DNA of 64,000 nt from an uncultured delta proteobacterium (GTDB taxonomy: Bacteria; Desulfobacterota; Binatia; Binatales; Binataceae): assembly GCA_963794325.1 (NCBI GenBank), contig CAWCDG010000006.1, forward strand, positions 83,179 through 147,178, in the 5' to 3' direction. Each line of letters opens with the position of its first letter. Positions within the stretch are counted from its first letter, which is position 1. Both the position numbers and the translations under genes were made by a program. Under the pieces are notes generated by a model. The model made no database searches. It was not told where the DNA came from and saw nothing but the letters and a program-made list of their open reading frames with translations. Below, one piece after another: positions 46,505 through 57,398 of this stretch.

Positions 46505-47460
46505 GTACGGCGCGGTCGCATTGGTCGCGTTTGGCTCCACGACTAACCGTCATCGTCGTAATATGTTCGGTGGCGATGTTTGCCGCGAGGTCGTATTCTG
46601 TGGATATGAGCGTCGCGCCTGACCATTCGCATCCGCAATTGGAGCCCGCGTCGTGGCCCGACAACGAGCTTACGATCGCGAATCTCGGGCATGCGACTGT
46701 GCTGATGAATTACTTCGGTACGCGCGTGATCGCCGACCCTAGTCTGTTCTCGCGCGTCGGCTTGTCGTTCGATTCCATCCTGACGATTGGACCGAAGCGA
46801 GTAACCGATCCGCCGCTGGCTCCCGCGCAATTGCAGCAACTCGATATCATCCTGATCACCCACGCGCACATGGACCATCTCGACATTCCGTCGCTGAAGG
46901 CGCTGCCGAAGAGTGCGGTGGTGGTCGCGTGCGACAAATGTTCGCGGATTATCGCGCCGCTTGGCTTCAAGGACGTGCGCGAACTCAAGTGGGGCGAGAG
47001 CACCGTCGTTAAAGGACTGACGATTCGCGCGATGGGCGCGCGGCATTGGGGTAAGCGATGGCCGCCGTTTGGCGAGGATTACGGCTTCAACAGTTATGTG
47101 CTGGAGAAGAACGGAAGGAGGATGCTGCTCGCCTGTGACAGTGCCGATACAGATCTGTTCGCGAGCCTCGCATCGACGCCACCGGACGTGGCGGCATTCT
47201 CAATCGGCGCCTACGACCCATGGATTTGGAATCATGCCAGTCCCGAGCAGGTGTGGTCGATGTTTCTGTCGACGCACGCGCGGTATCTCGTGCCGATTCA
47301 CTGGGGCACCTTCAAGTTGTCGAAGGAGCCGATGGGAGAGCCGATGGAGCGGTTGATCAAGGCGGCGGGGGATCAGCAGGATAGGATTGTGTTGCGGCAG
47401 ATTGGGGGGAGCTGGACGATGCCGGAGAAGATTGAGACGCGGCAGGCGGCTGGGCGGTAG
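46501..47460 (+). CDS. MBL-fold metallohydrolase (NAPE-PLD/RomA-like), probably exported
   Basis: LGHAT, THAHMDHLD, IGAY.P and PIHWGTF.LS.E. Confidence 0.9.
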   Translation: MSTARSHWSRLAPRLTVIVVICSVAMFAARSYSVDMSVAPDHSHPQLEPASWPDNELTIANLGHATVLMNYFGTRVIADPSLFSRVGLSFDSILTIGPKRVTDPPLAPAQLQQLDIILITHAHMDHLDIPSLKALPKSAVVVACDKCSRIIAPLGFKDVRELKWGESTVVKGLTIRAMGARHWGKRWPPFGEDYGFNSYVLEKNGRRMLLACDSADTDLFASLASTPPDVAAFSIGAYDPWIWNHASPEQVWSMFLSTHARYLVPIHWGTFKLSKEPMGEPMERLIKAAGDQQDRIVLRQIGGSWTMPEKIETRQAAGR

Positions 47461-47522
47461 CGATCTCGCAATCGTTTTTTTCAGAACAGAGCAGAATCTT
47501 GAAGAGAGGAACTTTAATTTAA

Positions 47523-47615
47523 TGAAACCCACCGTGGGTTTCATGCTTCCCCGGCAGGGGTAACCCCTGCACCTTAGAATTAAGAAAGATGCGGGACTTC
47601 GTCCCTGTTAGAAGT
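47523..47615 (+). repeat. Family A repeat, variant with TGAAACCC…GGGTTTCA left arm and GGGAC-TTCG-TCCC tail
   Basis: Left arm and core match the reverse complement of 60827-60871; tail matches 12815-12868. Confidence 0.88.
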
Positions 47616-47656
47616 AGTTGGGGGAACTTTCCTGCTGATATTTCTGGGACGCCACG

Positions 47657-48469
47657 CTAGCTACAATTTCTTAGGGCGAGGAGTTCTTTTGCTGGGGTTC
47701 TATCGCCGGTGCTGTTGATCATTCTGGGGGCGGTTAGAGTTCTGACCGTGTATCCGAGGTCCTTGTATAACTGACGGATTCGGGTGGTCGCCTGATTTGA
47801 CAGGACGACTGGACCTGGGTGTTGTGCGAGCCATTGGGCCAAGCGGATTTGATCGTCCCATTTAAAATTTTCTTTTGAATAGGACGTGAACTGGACGTCG
47901 TAGGGCGGGTCGGCGTAGATGAAGTCGTCGTGGCGCAATGATAGCTCTTCGAAATCTACGCAGGTGAAGTCCCAATCCGCGAAAGTGGAAACGTATTCTG
48001 TGAAATCGGTCTTATAGATCAGTTTCTTATAGCGGCCAAAGGGGACGTTGAACTCGCCTTTGCTATTGAAGCGGCATAGGCCGTTGTAACAGGTGCGGTT
48101 GAGATAATAGAAAATCGCTGCCGCTTCTTTAGTGTCGGCCTTATTTTCGCCTATGAGTCGGTTGAAGCGGGCTCTTTGTTCGTAGAAGTAAGTCTGATCG
48201 TTTTGCATCTCAAGCTGGATTCTTAGACCGCGTTTGAGCCAGCTATAGAAGTTGATCGTATGAGTATTGAGGTCATTGATCAGCGCTCTATCTGGCGCGA
48301 GGCCTAGCGATACTGCCAAGCCGCCACATAGGGGTTCGACCAGGCGGCGCATCCGATGTCGATCCCATATTGGAATCAGGTGCGGCACGAGCCATCGCTT
48401 GCCGCCCGCCCATTTCAAAGGAGGTTTTGGATTTGAACGACGCTCGACCGCCTCGACAACCGCCGCCAC
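47657..48469 (-). CDS. DNA adenine methyltransferase, Dam/D12 class
   Basis: KPPLKWAGGK, EPLCGG, YLNR.CYNGL.RFN.KG.FNVPFG and YADPPY; lower GC than neighbours. Confidence 0.93.
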   Translation of the reverse strand: MAAVVEAVERRSNPKPPLKWAGGKRWLVPHLIPIWDRHRMRRLVEPLCGGLAVSLGLAPDRALINDLNTHTINFYSWLKRGLRIQLEMQNDQTYFYEQRARFNRLIGENKADTKEAAAIFYYLNRTCYNGLCRFNSKGEFNVPFGRYKKLIYKTDFTEYVSTFADWDFTCVDFEELSLRHDDFIYADPPYDVQFTSYSKENFKWDDQIRLAQWLAQHPGPVVLSNQATTRIRQLYKDLGYTVRTLTAPRMINSTGDRTPAKELLALRNCS

Positions 48470-48479
48470 TTATCGCCCT

Positions 48480-50093
48480 TCAGACGCGCTTGCGTTTTTT
48501 GGAGAGATAATCGACCAGCATGTATTCGCCTAGATGGTCGGGGCGCGTGAAGAGGGCGCGGCCTCGGTTGATTTGGGTCATTTTGTCGACGAAGGCTCGC
48601 AGGCTGGGCGAGTCGTCGAGCATGAAGGTGTTGATGGTGATTCCTTTGCGCGTGATCCGCTCGACTTCCTTCAGTGTCTCCTGCGCGGCGCGCATGCTGA
48701 TGCCGCCGAACGACAGCGGCCATTCGCAGTATAGCCGCTTGTTGAGGAAGTACGCGGTCGGCTGCCCGTCGGTGATCACAATGATGTGCTGGTTGCGCGA
48801 CGGGTGGCGTCCGAGCAAATCCGACGCGAGGCGCAGACCGTCCTGCAGATTGGTGAACGGATCGCCCATGTTCCACGACGCTTCGGGCAAATCCTTCAGC
48901 TTCAACTCAACCGCGCGCGTATAAAAGCCGACGATCGAAAAATAGTCGCGCGGGAATTTCGACCGAATCAGCGTCTCCATCGCCATCGCGACTTTCTTCG
49001 CCGCGGCAAAACGCCCTTCCCAGCTCATCGACCACGACATGTCGAGGCACAGCACTGTGGACGACGAGCTGGCGTAATCGTTCTCGTAAATCTCGAAATC
49101 TTCGGGCCGAAGCTCCAGCGGAACGCCCGCCTTGCGCGCGAGCGCATGTTTCAGCGTCGCGACCAGGTTGAGATTCAGTGGATCGCCGTAGGCGTACGGC
49201 TTGGTCTGCTCAGGACGCATCTCGGTGACGCCGCGATGGTCGGTTACGTGGCCGCCCGATCGATCCTTCAGCAGGTTCTGATAGATGTCGCGCAGCGCGA
49301 GTTGCCCGATACGGCGCACGCCCTTGGGCGAGAGCTGAAAATGATCGCCCTTCGGCACCATGTAGCCCGACTGCGTCAGCAGTACCATCACCTGCTTGAG
49401 ATTCTGAAAATCCTTGCTGGCCTGCTGCCCGAGGATCTGCTGCAGGTCTTCCATCGAGATCGTGTCGAAGTTGCCGGACATCAGGTCCTGTTCGAGCTGG
49501 CGCATCCGCTCCATCTCGCGCATCAGCTCGAGCGCGTCGTCGTAGCCGAGACTCTTCGGACCGTGGAACATGTGCTGATTGCGATCGCGAAAATTTTCGA
49601 GGTCGCGAATATTTTCGTATTCCTCGAGCAGCTTGTCGAAGTCCTCTTTCGCCTGCGCGTCTTCGAACTCGTGGCTCTCGAGCTTGCGCATCGCCTCGGA
49701 CAGCCGCCGCGGCATCCGCGACAACTCGCGCTGCTTTTCCTCGATGCCCGGCTTCTGCCCTTTCAGCGATTCCAGCTTCTCGCGCTCGCGATTCAGAATG
49801 TCCTCGAGCTTTTGCTCCATCTCGGAGAGCGCGTTCTTGAGGTTGAAGTCGCGATACCGCTGACGCATCTCCTGGCGCAGCTGCTCGATGAACTCCTCGA
49901 GGCCCATCACCTTGACGCCGTCGAAATCCATCCCCTGCCGCATCATCCAGTCCATCGCCTGGCGCACGTCGTCGGTGTACGAGAGGTACTCGGCGAGCTT
50001 CTCGAACACCTTGTCACTGTCGAGCTTGAGCCGCTGGGTGCCGTCCCACTGCGTGTAGCGGGTGACGACTGCGGCCATTTGGCGGCGCGTCAT
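48480..50093 (-). CDS. vWA-domain protein, partner of the AAA ATPase
   Basis: RYTQWDGTQ, LDMSWSM, FTNLQDGL and ITDGQPTA; ATGA overlap with the ATPase gene. Confidence 0.9.
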   Translation of the reverse strand: MTRRQMAAVVTRYTQWDGTQRLKLDSDKVFEKLAEYLSYTDDVRQAMDWMMRQGMDFDGVKVMGLEEFIEQLRQEMRQRYRDFNLKNALSEMEQKLEDILNREREKLESLKGQKPGIEEKQRELSRMPRRLSEAMRKLESHEFEDAQAKEDFDKLLEEYENIRDLENFRDRNQHMFHGPKSLGYDDALELMREMERMRQLEQDLMSGNFDTISMEDLQQILGQQASKDFQNLKQVMVLLTQSGYMVPKGDHFQLSPKGVRRIGQLALRDIYQNLLKDRSGGHVTDHRGVTEMRPEQTKPYAYGDPLNLNLVATLKHALARKAGVPLELRPEDFEIYENDYASSSSTVLCLDMSWSMSWEGRFAAAKKVAMAMETLIRSKFPRDYFSIVGFYTRAVELKLKDLPEASWNMGDPFTNLQDGLRLASDLLGRHPSRNQHIIVITDGQPTAYFLNKRLYCEWPLSFGGISMRAAQETLKEVERITRKGITINTFMLDDSPSLRAFVDKMTQINRGRALFTRPDHLGEYMLVDYLSKKRKRV

Positions 50094-51499
50094 GCGTGAT
50101 AGGCGAAGCGCCCGCCCTGGCGATCCTTGTTGAGCTTCTGATGCAGATGCAGGCCCTCGAAAATAAATTCGCTCGCCGCAGCCATCAGTCCCGGCGTCTC
50201 GAACGGCCCGAGCAGCGTGATCACTTCGCGCAGGCCGGTCACCTCGCGCAGCGGTTCCATGTATTCCGACGACGGCGCGCTGTCGGAAACCTCGACGCCC
50301 CATCCCTGCTCGAAGTAGCTCGAGACCTTTTTCAAATCGTCGAGCTTCAAATACTTGTCGAAGACCTTCAGCACTGCGCGATTGATAAGCCGCTCGATAA
50401 GGTCGTCTTCTTTCTTGTCCTCGCCGACGTACTCGAGCTCGATCTTGCCGGCGGTCGAGGCGTACAGCGAATGCAGATCCGAAATGCGCGGCACTATCTC
50501 GTTCTCCGAGTTGCGCACCGCGCGCTTCTCGGCGTTAGAGATGGCGGATTCGAAATTGTTGATGGTCACGCGCACCGACACGCCCGACGACTGATTGATC
50601 TCGTTGGAGGCGCGCGCCTCGAAGGTAATCTGCGCGAGGATGTCCTTCATGAACTGCGGAATCCGCACGTCCATGCCGTCGCGATTCGGATGCGCCGCTT
50701 CCTGCTCCATGATTACGATTTCGTGTTCGATGGTCTTGGGGTAGTGCGTGCGAATCTGGATGTCGAAGCGATCCTTGAGCGGCGTGATGATGCGTCCGCG
50801 CGACGTGTAGTCCTCGGGATTCGCGCTCGCGACGAAGACCACGTCAACCGCCAGCCGAATCTTGTAGCCCTTGATCTGGACGTCTTTCTCTTCCATCAGA
50901 TTGAAGAGGCCGACTTGTACTTTCTCAGTCAGATCGGGCAGCTCGTTGATGGCGAAGATCCCGCGATTGGTGCGCGGGATGAGGCCGTAGTGGATGGTTT
51001 CCTCGTCGGCCAGGTAGCGTCCCTCGGCAACTTTGATCGGATCGATCTCGCCAATCAGGTCGGCTACTGAAACGTCGGGGGTCGCGAGCTTCTCAGCGAA
51101 TCGCGTGTCGCGGCCGATCCAGGCGATTTCGAGCGCGTCACCCTTCTCTTCTTTCAGCTTGACGCATCGGCGGCAGATGGGCGCGTAAGGATCATCGCTG
51201 ATCTCGCATCCCGCGACTATCGGTACATACTCATCCAGCAAGCCGATCAGCGATCTGATGATTCGCGACTTGGCCTGGCCGCGCTCGCCGAGAAAGATCA
51301 TGTGATGGCCCGCGAGTACGCCGTTCTCGATCTCGGGGATTACCGTCTCTTCGTAGCCGACGATACCCGGCAGGATTTGTTCCTTGCTACGGAGGCGCTC
51401 GAGCAAATTCTTGCGCATCTCCATCCGCACCGGCATCGTCGCGTAGCCTGCGCTCTTGAGTTCGCCCAGTGTCCGGATGGTCAGCAGTTTTTCATTCAT
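50090..51499 (-). CDS. Magnesium-chelatase/MoxR-like AAA+ ATPase
   Basis: LGERGQAKSR, EKLATPD, NELPDL and SANPEDYT.RGRII. Confidence 0.92.
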   Translation of the reverse strand: MNEKLLTIRTLGELKSAGYATMPVRMEMRKNLLERLRSKEQILPGIVGYEETVIPEIENGVLAGHHMIFLGERGQAKSRIIRSLIGLLDEYVPIVAGCEISDDPYAPICRRCVKLKEEKGDALEIAWIGRDTRFAEKLATPDVSVADLIGEIDPIKVAEGRYLADEETIHYGLIPRTNRGIFAINELPDLTEKVQVGLFNLMEEKDVQIKGYKIRLAVDVVFVASANPEDYTSRGRIITPLKDRFDIQIRTHYPKTIEHEIVIMEQEAAHPNRDGMDVRIPQFMKDILAQITFEARASNEINQSSGVSVRVTINNFESAISNAEKRAVRNSENEIVPRISDLHSLYASTAGKIELEYVGEDKKEDDLIERLINRAVLKVFDKYLKLDDLKKVSSYFEQGWGVEVSDSAPSSEYMEPLREVTGLREVITLLGPFETPGLMAAASEFIFEGLHLHQKLNKDRQGGRFAYHA

Positions 51500-51524
51500 T
51501 TACGAATCCCGCAGCTCATTAATC

Positions 51525-52100
51525 TTAGGATAATTCAGCGTCGAGGTTTTTGAAAATCGGCCGCAGCTGGTCGTAGCTGTCTTCCAAACTTTGTGACAGC
51601 ACGCGCGTCGAGGCAAGTACCGACATGAAATTGTTGTCGCCAGTCCAGCGCGGCACGATATGCCAATGCATGTGTTCGGCGAATCCGGCGCCGGCGGCGC
51701 TGCCGAGGTTGGCGCCGACGTTGAAGGCCTGCGGATGGAGACCCTCGCGCATCAGTTTTATGGACGCCGCGACGGCGTCGATCAGCACCGCTCGATCCGG
51801 CCGCGCCAGCAACTCCAGCGAAGCGACGTGGCCCCGCGGCGCCACCATGATATGGCCGTTACTGTAAGGATACTTGTTGAGCATCACGAGCACGCCGCGA
51901 TTCTCGAACAGGACCAGACGTTCGCGGCGCTCGGCGTCGGACAACTTTCCAAAACAGAAGATGCAGGCTTTGGGGTCGGAGAGCAGGCTGCGCAAATACG
52001 CGTAGCGCCACGGCGCCCACAGCCGGAGCCCTTCAGCCGGGACGTCCGCGTGCTCGCGCCGGTTGACTGGCCGACTAACGGCCCGCTTCTTCGGCGCCAT
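51525..52100 (-). CDS. HIT-family nucleotide hydrolase/transferase
   Basis: LWAPWR, CIFC, LNKYPY..GH and HMHWHIVPR. Confidence 0.92.
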   Translation of the reverse strand: MAPKKRAVSRPVNRREHADVPAEGLRLWAPWRYAYLRSLLSDPKACIFCFGKLSDAERRERLVLFENRGVLVMLNKYPYSNGHIMVAPRGHVASLELLARPDRAVLIDAVAASIKLMREGLHPQAFNVGANLGSAAGAGFAEHMHWHIVPRWTGDNNFMSVLASTRVLSQSLEDSYDQLRPIFKNLDAELS

Positions 52101-52371
52101 TTACTTCGATTCGGAGTTCCTTGCCCGCGCGAAAGAATGGGATCTGCTTGGCATCGACGCTGACCAACTGGCCGGTCTTGGGATTGCGTCCCTGGCGCGC
52201 GCGGCGCTGTTTGACGGCGAAACTGCCGAAGCCGCGGATTTCGATCCGCTCGCCGCGCATCAACGAGTTGGCCATCGCGTCGAACATGGCATTGACGATC
52301 GTCTCTGACTCGCGATGGGTAAATCGCCCCCTGCGCGCCAGAAGTTCTTCGATGATTTCCCGCTTGGTCAT
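52075..52371 (-). CDS. ihfB: Integration host factor beta subunit
   Basis: IEIRGFGSF…GRNPKTG; canonical position after rpsA. Confidence 0.93.
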   Translation of the reverse strand: MTKREIIEELLARRGRFTHRESETIVNAMFDAMANSLMRGERIEIRGFGSFAVKQRRARQGRNPKTGQLVSVDAKQIPFFRAGKELRIEVNGAEEAGR

Positions 52372-52420
52372 CGATCTCGACGCCGGTCCGCGTCGCGCTA
52401 ATGCGGACCGGCTCCCCCGT

Positions 52421-54163
<1,743 letters not shown>

Positions 54164-54221
54164 TTAGGGGGACCTTCCGGGATTCCGGGACTTCGGGGCT
54201 GCTGCAATCCTTACAACCGGG

Positions 54222-54920
54222 CTAGGCTCGTTTCAAGTCCTTGGCGGCGTTGATTCGAGGGTTAATCTTCGCTTTCATCGCCGCAACCACTGCGTCGATC
54301 GAAAGTTTCGTTGAATCTATCTCTATCGCATCGTCGGCGCGTTTGAGCGGCGCGAGTTCACGTCCGCTGTCACGGCGGTCACGCTCGATCAGTTGATCGA
54401 GCACTTCATCCTCGGTAATCGATTGACCTTTTTTCCTGAGCTCTTCATATCGGCGGCGCGCTCTGATCTTAACGTCGGCATTGAGAAAGAATTTGAACTC
54501 GGCATCGGGAAAGATCGCGGTGCCGATATCGCGTCCTTCCATAACGACGCGACCGTCCGCGCCCGCCGCGCGCTGCAACTCGCGCATCCGCTCGCGCACC
54601 GCGCCTAAAGCGGAGAAGCGCGACGCGAGGTCGCCGACTTCCGGCTCATATATCTTCGCGCTCACGTCGCTGCCGTTGAGAAATATTTTCTCGCCGTCGA
54701 ATTTTATCTTAATCGTCTTGAGTATTGACGCTAGTCTCTCGGCGACGTTCGGAGCGTCCGGGTTTATGGCGGCATCGCGAGCCGCAATCGCGACTGCGCG
54801 ATACATCGCGCCGGTGTTCAGGTACGAGAATCCGAGCGCGCGGGCGAGCTCGCGCGCGGCCACGGATTTTCCCGCACCGACGGGACCGTCGATCGCGATA
54901 ATTGGTTCCTTGCGGCTCAT
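54222..54920 (-). CDS. cmk: Cytidylate kinase
   Basis: IAIDGP.GAGKS, TGAMYR, EGRDIGT and RD.RDS.R..APL. Confidence 0.97.
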   Translation of the reverse strand: MSRKEPIIAIDGPVGAGKSVAARELARALGFSYLNTGAMYRAVAIAARDAAINPDAPNVAERLASILKTIKIKFDGEKIFLNGSDVSAKIYEPEVGDLASRFSALGAVRERMRELQRAAGADGRVVMEGRDIGTAIFPDAEFKFFLNADVKIRARRRYEELRKKGQSITEDEVLDQLIERDRRDSGRELAPLKRADDAIEIDSTKLSIDAVVAAMKAKINPRINAAKDLKRA

Positions 54921-55780
54921 TTTATCTTTTCACGCATCGCGCGGCCGCGATTGAAAATCTTCTCGACACCGTCCATGTCGCCGGCTTCGAGCGCGCGCTG
55001 AAATTGCGCGAAGGCTGCGCCGTAGAGTTTCAGCGCAGCGGCGATCGCCTCGCGATTGGTCACGAAGATGTCGCGCCATATCTCCCAGGACGACGACGCG
55101 AGACGGGTCGTGTCGCGTAGGCCGCCTGCACCGTATTCCGCGGCGAGCTTGTCGCGGATTTTTTCAGTGTCGAGAGCCGCGGCCAGGACGCTCGACACTG
55201 CCTGCGGCAGATGACTCGAGCGCGCGAGGATGGCGTCGTGGGTCGATGCGTCCATCATCTCGACGCATGCGCCGGTCTCGTCCCATAGCTGCTCAATCTT
55301 GTTGATCGCCTCAGGCGTGCTCTTGGCCGACGGCGTCAGAATCACGCGGCGGTCTCGAAACAGCGCCGGGTCCGCCGCCGACGCGCCGGTGGTCTCCTTG
55401 CCAGCAACCGGATGAGCCGCGACCAGCGAGCGCTGGCCGGTGATCAGAGGTTCTAGTTCGCGGATGACGTATTGCTTCACGCTGCCGACGTCGGTCACGA
55501 CTGCGTCCGCGGCGGTGTGCTCGATCATTTTTTCCAGCGTCGAACGCATCGTGAGTATCGGCACGGCCAGCACAATCAAGTCCGCACCGCGCGCCGCTTC
55601 GACCGGATCCCGCGTCGCTATATCGATCATGCCGCGCTCGACGGCAACGTCAAGGTTCGCCTGCGAGCGTCCGAGGCCGACGACTTTGCCGACGACGCCC
55701 GCGCGCCGCGCGATATGCGCGAGCGAGCCGCCAATCAGGCCCACTCCGCAGACGGTCATCTGTCGAAACAATTGCGCCAT
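54917..55780 (-). CDS. tyrA: Prephenate/arogenate dehydrogenase
   Basis: GVGLIGGS, TDVGSVK, HPVAG.E, HD…SHLP and RDTTRLA; start inferred at MAQLF. Confidence 0.93.
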   Translation of the reverse strand: MAQLFRQMTVCGVGLIGGSLAHIARRAGVVGKVVGLGRSQANLDVAVERGMIDIATRDPVEAARGADLIVLAVPILTMRSTLEKMIEHTAADAVVTDVGSVKQYVIRELEPLITGQRSLVAAHPVAGKETTGASAADPALFRDRRVILTPSAKSTPEAINKIEQLWDETGACVEMMDASTHDAILARSSHLPQAVSSVLAAALDTEKIRDKLAAEYGAGGLRDTTRLASSSWEIWRDIFVTNREAIAAALKLYGAAFAQFQRALEAGDMDGVEKIFNRGRAMREKIK

Positions 55781-56241
55781 CAGGCCTGGATTCCACCGCC
55801 CGGCGGCAAGTTTTTTGCCGACTTGTTGCGGTTGGTATGTATCAGCAGGTTGACGATCGCGATCAGCATCAGGGCGAGCAGCGGGAAGATGACGTAATTC
55901 ATGTTCAGGTTCGCGCCGCGAACGTCGGCCACGATAACGGCGAACACTCCCGCCATTATCAGCACGTAAGTGAGCCTGAACCACGACAGCGCGTTCATCG
56001 CGCGACCCTGGAATTGCGCGGGCGAAAAAACCGCGGTCAGCCCGATCAGCACGTAACCGACCAGGGCGATTATCGGCAGCAGCAATAATCCGGTGAATTT
56101 CGATCCGTACGCATCGATCTGCCCCGAGACGTCCCAGTGAATTGGAATCTGCGCGGGCACCGCCGGCCAGGTCAATATCGCAATCACGAACATCGCGATT
56201 AACAGCGCGACTGCGAAAGTTTCTGCGTTTCGATTCTTCAT
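55780..56241 (-). CDS. DUF1648/SdpI-like membrane protein
   Basis: P.QIPIHW…G..D.YG.K motif; four TM segments. Confidence 0.82.
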   Translation of the reverse strand: MKNRNAETFAVALLIAMFVIAILTWPAVPAQIPIHWDVSGQIDAYGSKFTGLLLLPIIALVGYVLIGLTAVFSPAQFQGRAMNALSWFRLTYVLIMAGVFAVIVADVRGANLNMNYVIFPLLALMLIAIVNLLIHTNRNKSAKNLPPGGGIQA

Positions 56242-57344
56242 GACTGCGCGCCCATCGCTTCGGCGAGCATCGCGACCAGCCGCCGATTCTCTTCAGGCAG
56301 GCCGACGCTGATTCGCACGTGCCGCGGATAGCCGTAACCATGCATCGGGCGCACGATCACGCCCTTGCGCAAAAGCTTGTCGTAAACCGCGCGGCCGTCG
56401 CCGACGTCAACCAGGAAAAAATTTGCGTGACTCGGGACGAACGGCAGCTTGAGGCGGGCGAACTCGCGCTCGAGGTAGTCCATCCCTTCGGCGTTAACTT
56501 GCAACGTTCTGGCGATGTGCGCACGATCATCCATCCCGGCTACCGCCGCCACCTGCGCGAGCGATGTGACGTTGAACGGCTGACGCACGTTATGGAGCAT
56601 CTGGATCATGTCGGGGCGTGCGACTGCGTAGCCGACGCGCATTCCCGCCAGCCCGAAAATTTTCGAGAAGGTCCGGAGCGTGATTAGCAGGCGGCGATCG
56701 TCGTGGTCGTTCATCGAGTCGGGGTACTCGGGGTCGCGCACGAACTCGAAGTACGCCTCGTCGGCGACGATCACGACATGCTCGGGTATGCGCTCGAGGA
56801 ATCGCTTCCATTCGGCGCGCCGGTAAATCGTACCGGTCGGATTATTCGGATTGCCGAGAAAGACGATTCGCGTGTTCGCGTCGCAAGCCGCAGCCATCGC
56901 GTCGAGGTCGTGCGAGAATCCATCGCTGGTTTTCACGACGCGATGATCGCCGCCGGCCGCCGCCGTCGCCAGCGGATAGATCGCGAACGAATGCTCCGAG
57001 TAAACCGAGTTCAACCCCGGCCGCAGGTAAAGGAACGCGAGCAGGTTGAGCACCTCGACCGAGCCCGACGCCGCGAAGACGCGCTCGACTCCAATCTTAT
57101 GATGCGCGGCGATTTTCGCCCGCAGTTCGTAGCTCGCGCCGTCGGGGTAGCGATTCAGCTCGGGCAACGCCGCCTTGATAGCCTCGATCGCGCGCGGCGA
57201 CGGCCCCAGAGGATTTTCGTTGGACGCCAGCTTGACCGGCTCGACGACGCCGAGCTCGCGTTGCAACTCGTCGATCGGCTTGCCCGGTTCATAGGGCGCA
57301 AGCGCGGCGACGGATGGGAGTACGAGATCTTGTGCTTTGATCAA
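56238..57344 (-). CDS. hisC: Histidinol-phosphate aminotransferase
   Basis: KLASNENPLGPS, NPNNPTG, DEAY and RTFSK.FGLAG.RVGY. Confidence 0.96.
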   Translation of the reverse strand: MIKAQDLVLPSVAALAPYEPGKPIDELQRELGVVEPVKLASNENPLGPSPRAIEAIKAALPELNRYPDGASYELRAKIAAHHKIGVERVFAASGSVEVLNLLAFLYLRPGLNSVYSEHSFAIYPLATAAAGGDHRVVKTSDGFSHDLDAMAAACDANTRIVFLGNPNNPTGTIYRRAEWKRFLERIPEHVVIVADEAYFEFVRDPEYPDSMNDHDDRRLLITLRTFSKIFGLAGMRVGYAVARPDMIQMLHNVRQPFNVTSLAQVAAVAGMDDRAHIARTLQVNAEGMDYLEREFARLKLPFVPSHANFFLVDVGDGRAVYDKLLRKGVIVRPMHGYGYPRHVRISVGLPEENRRLVAMLAEAMGAQS

Positions 57345-57398
57345 AACGGGGGAACGACCGCGGAAAAAGTTTTAACTTTTCACTTTTCACTGCCCGGC

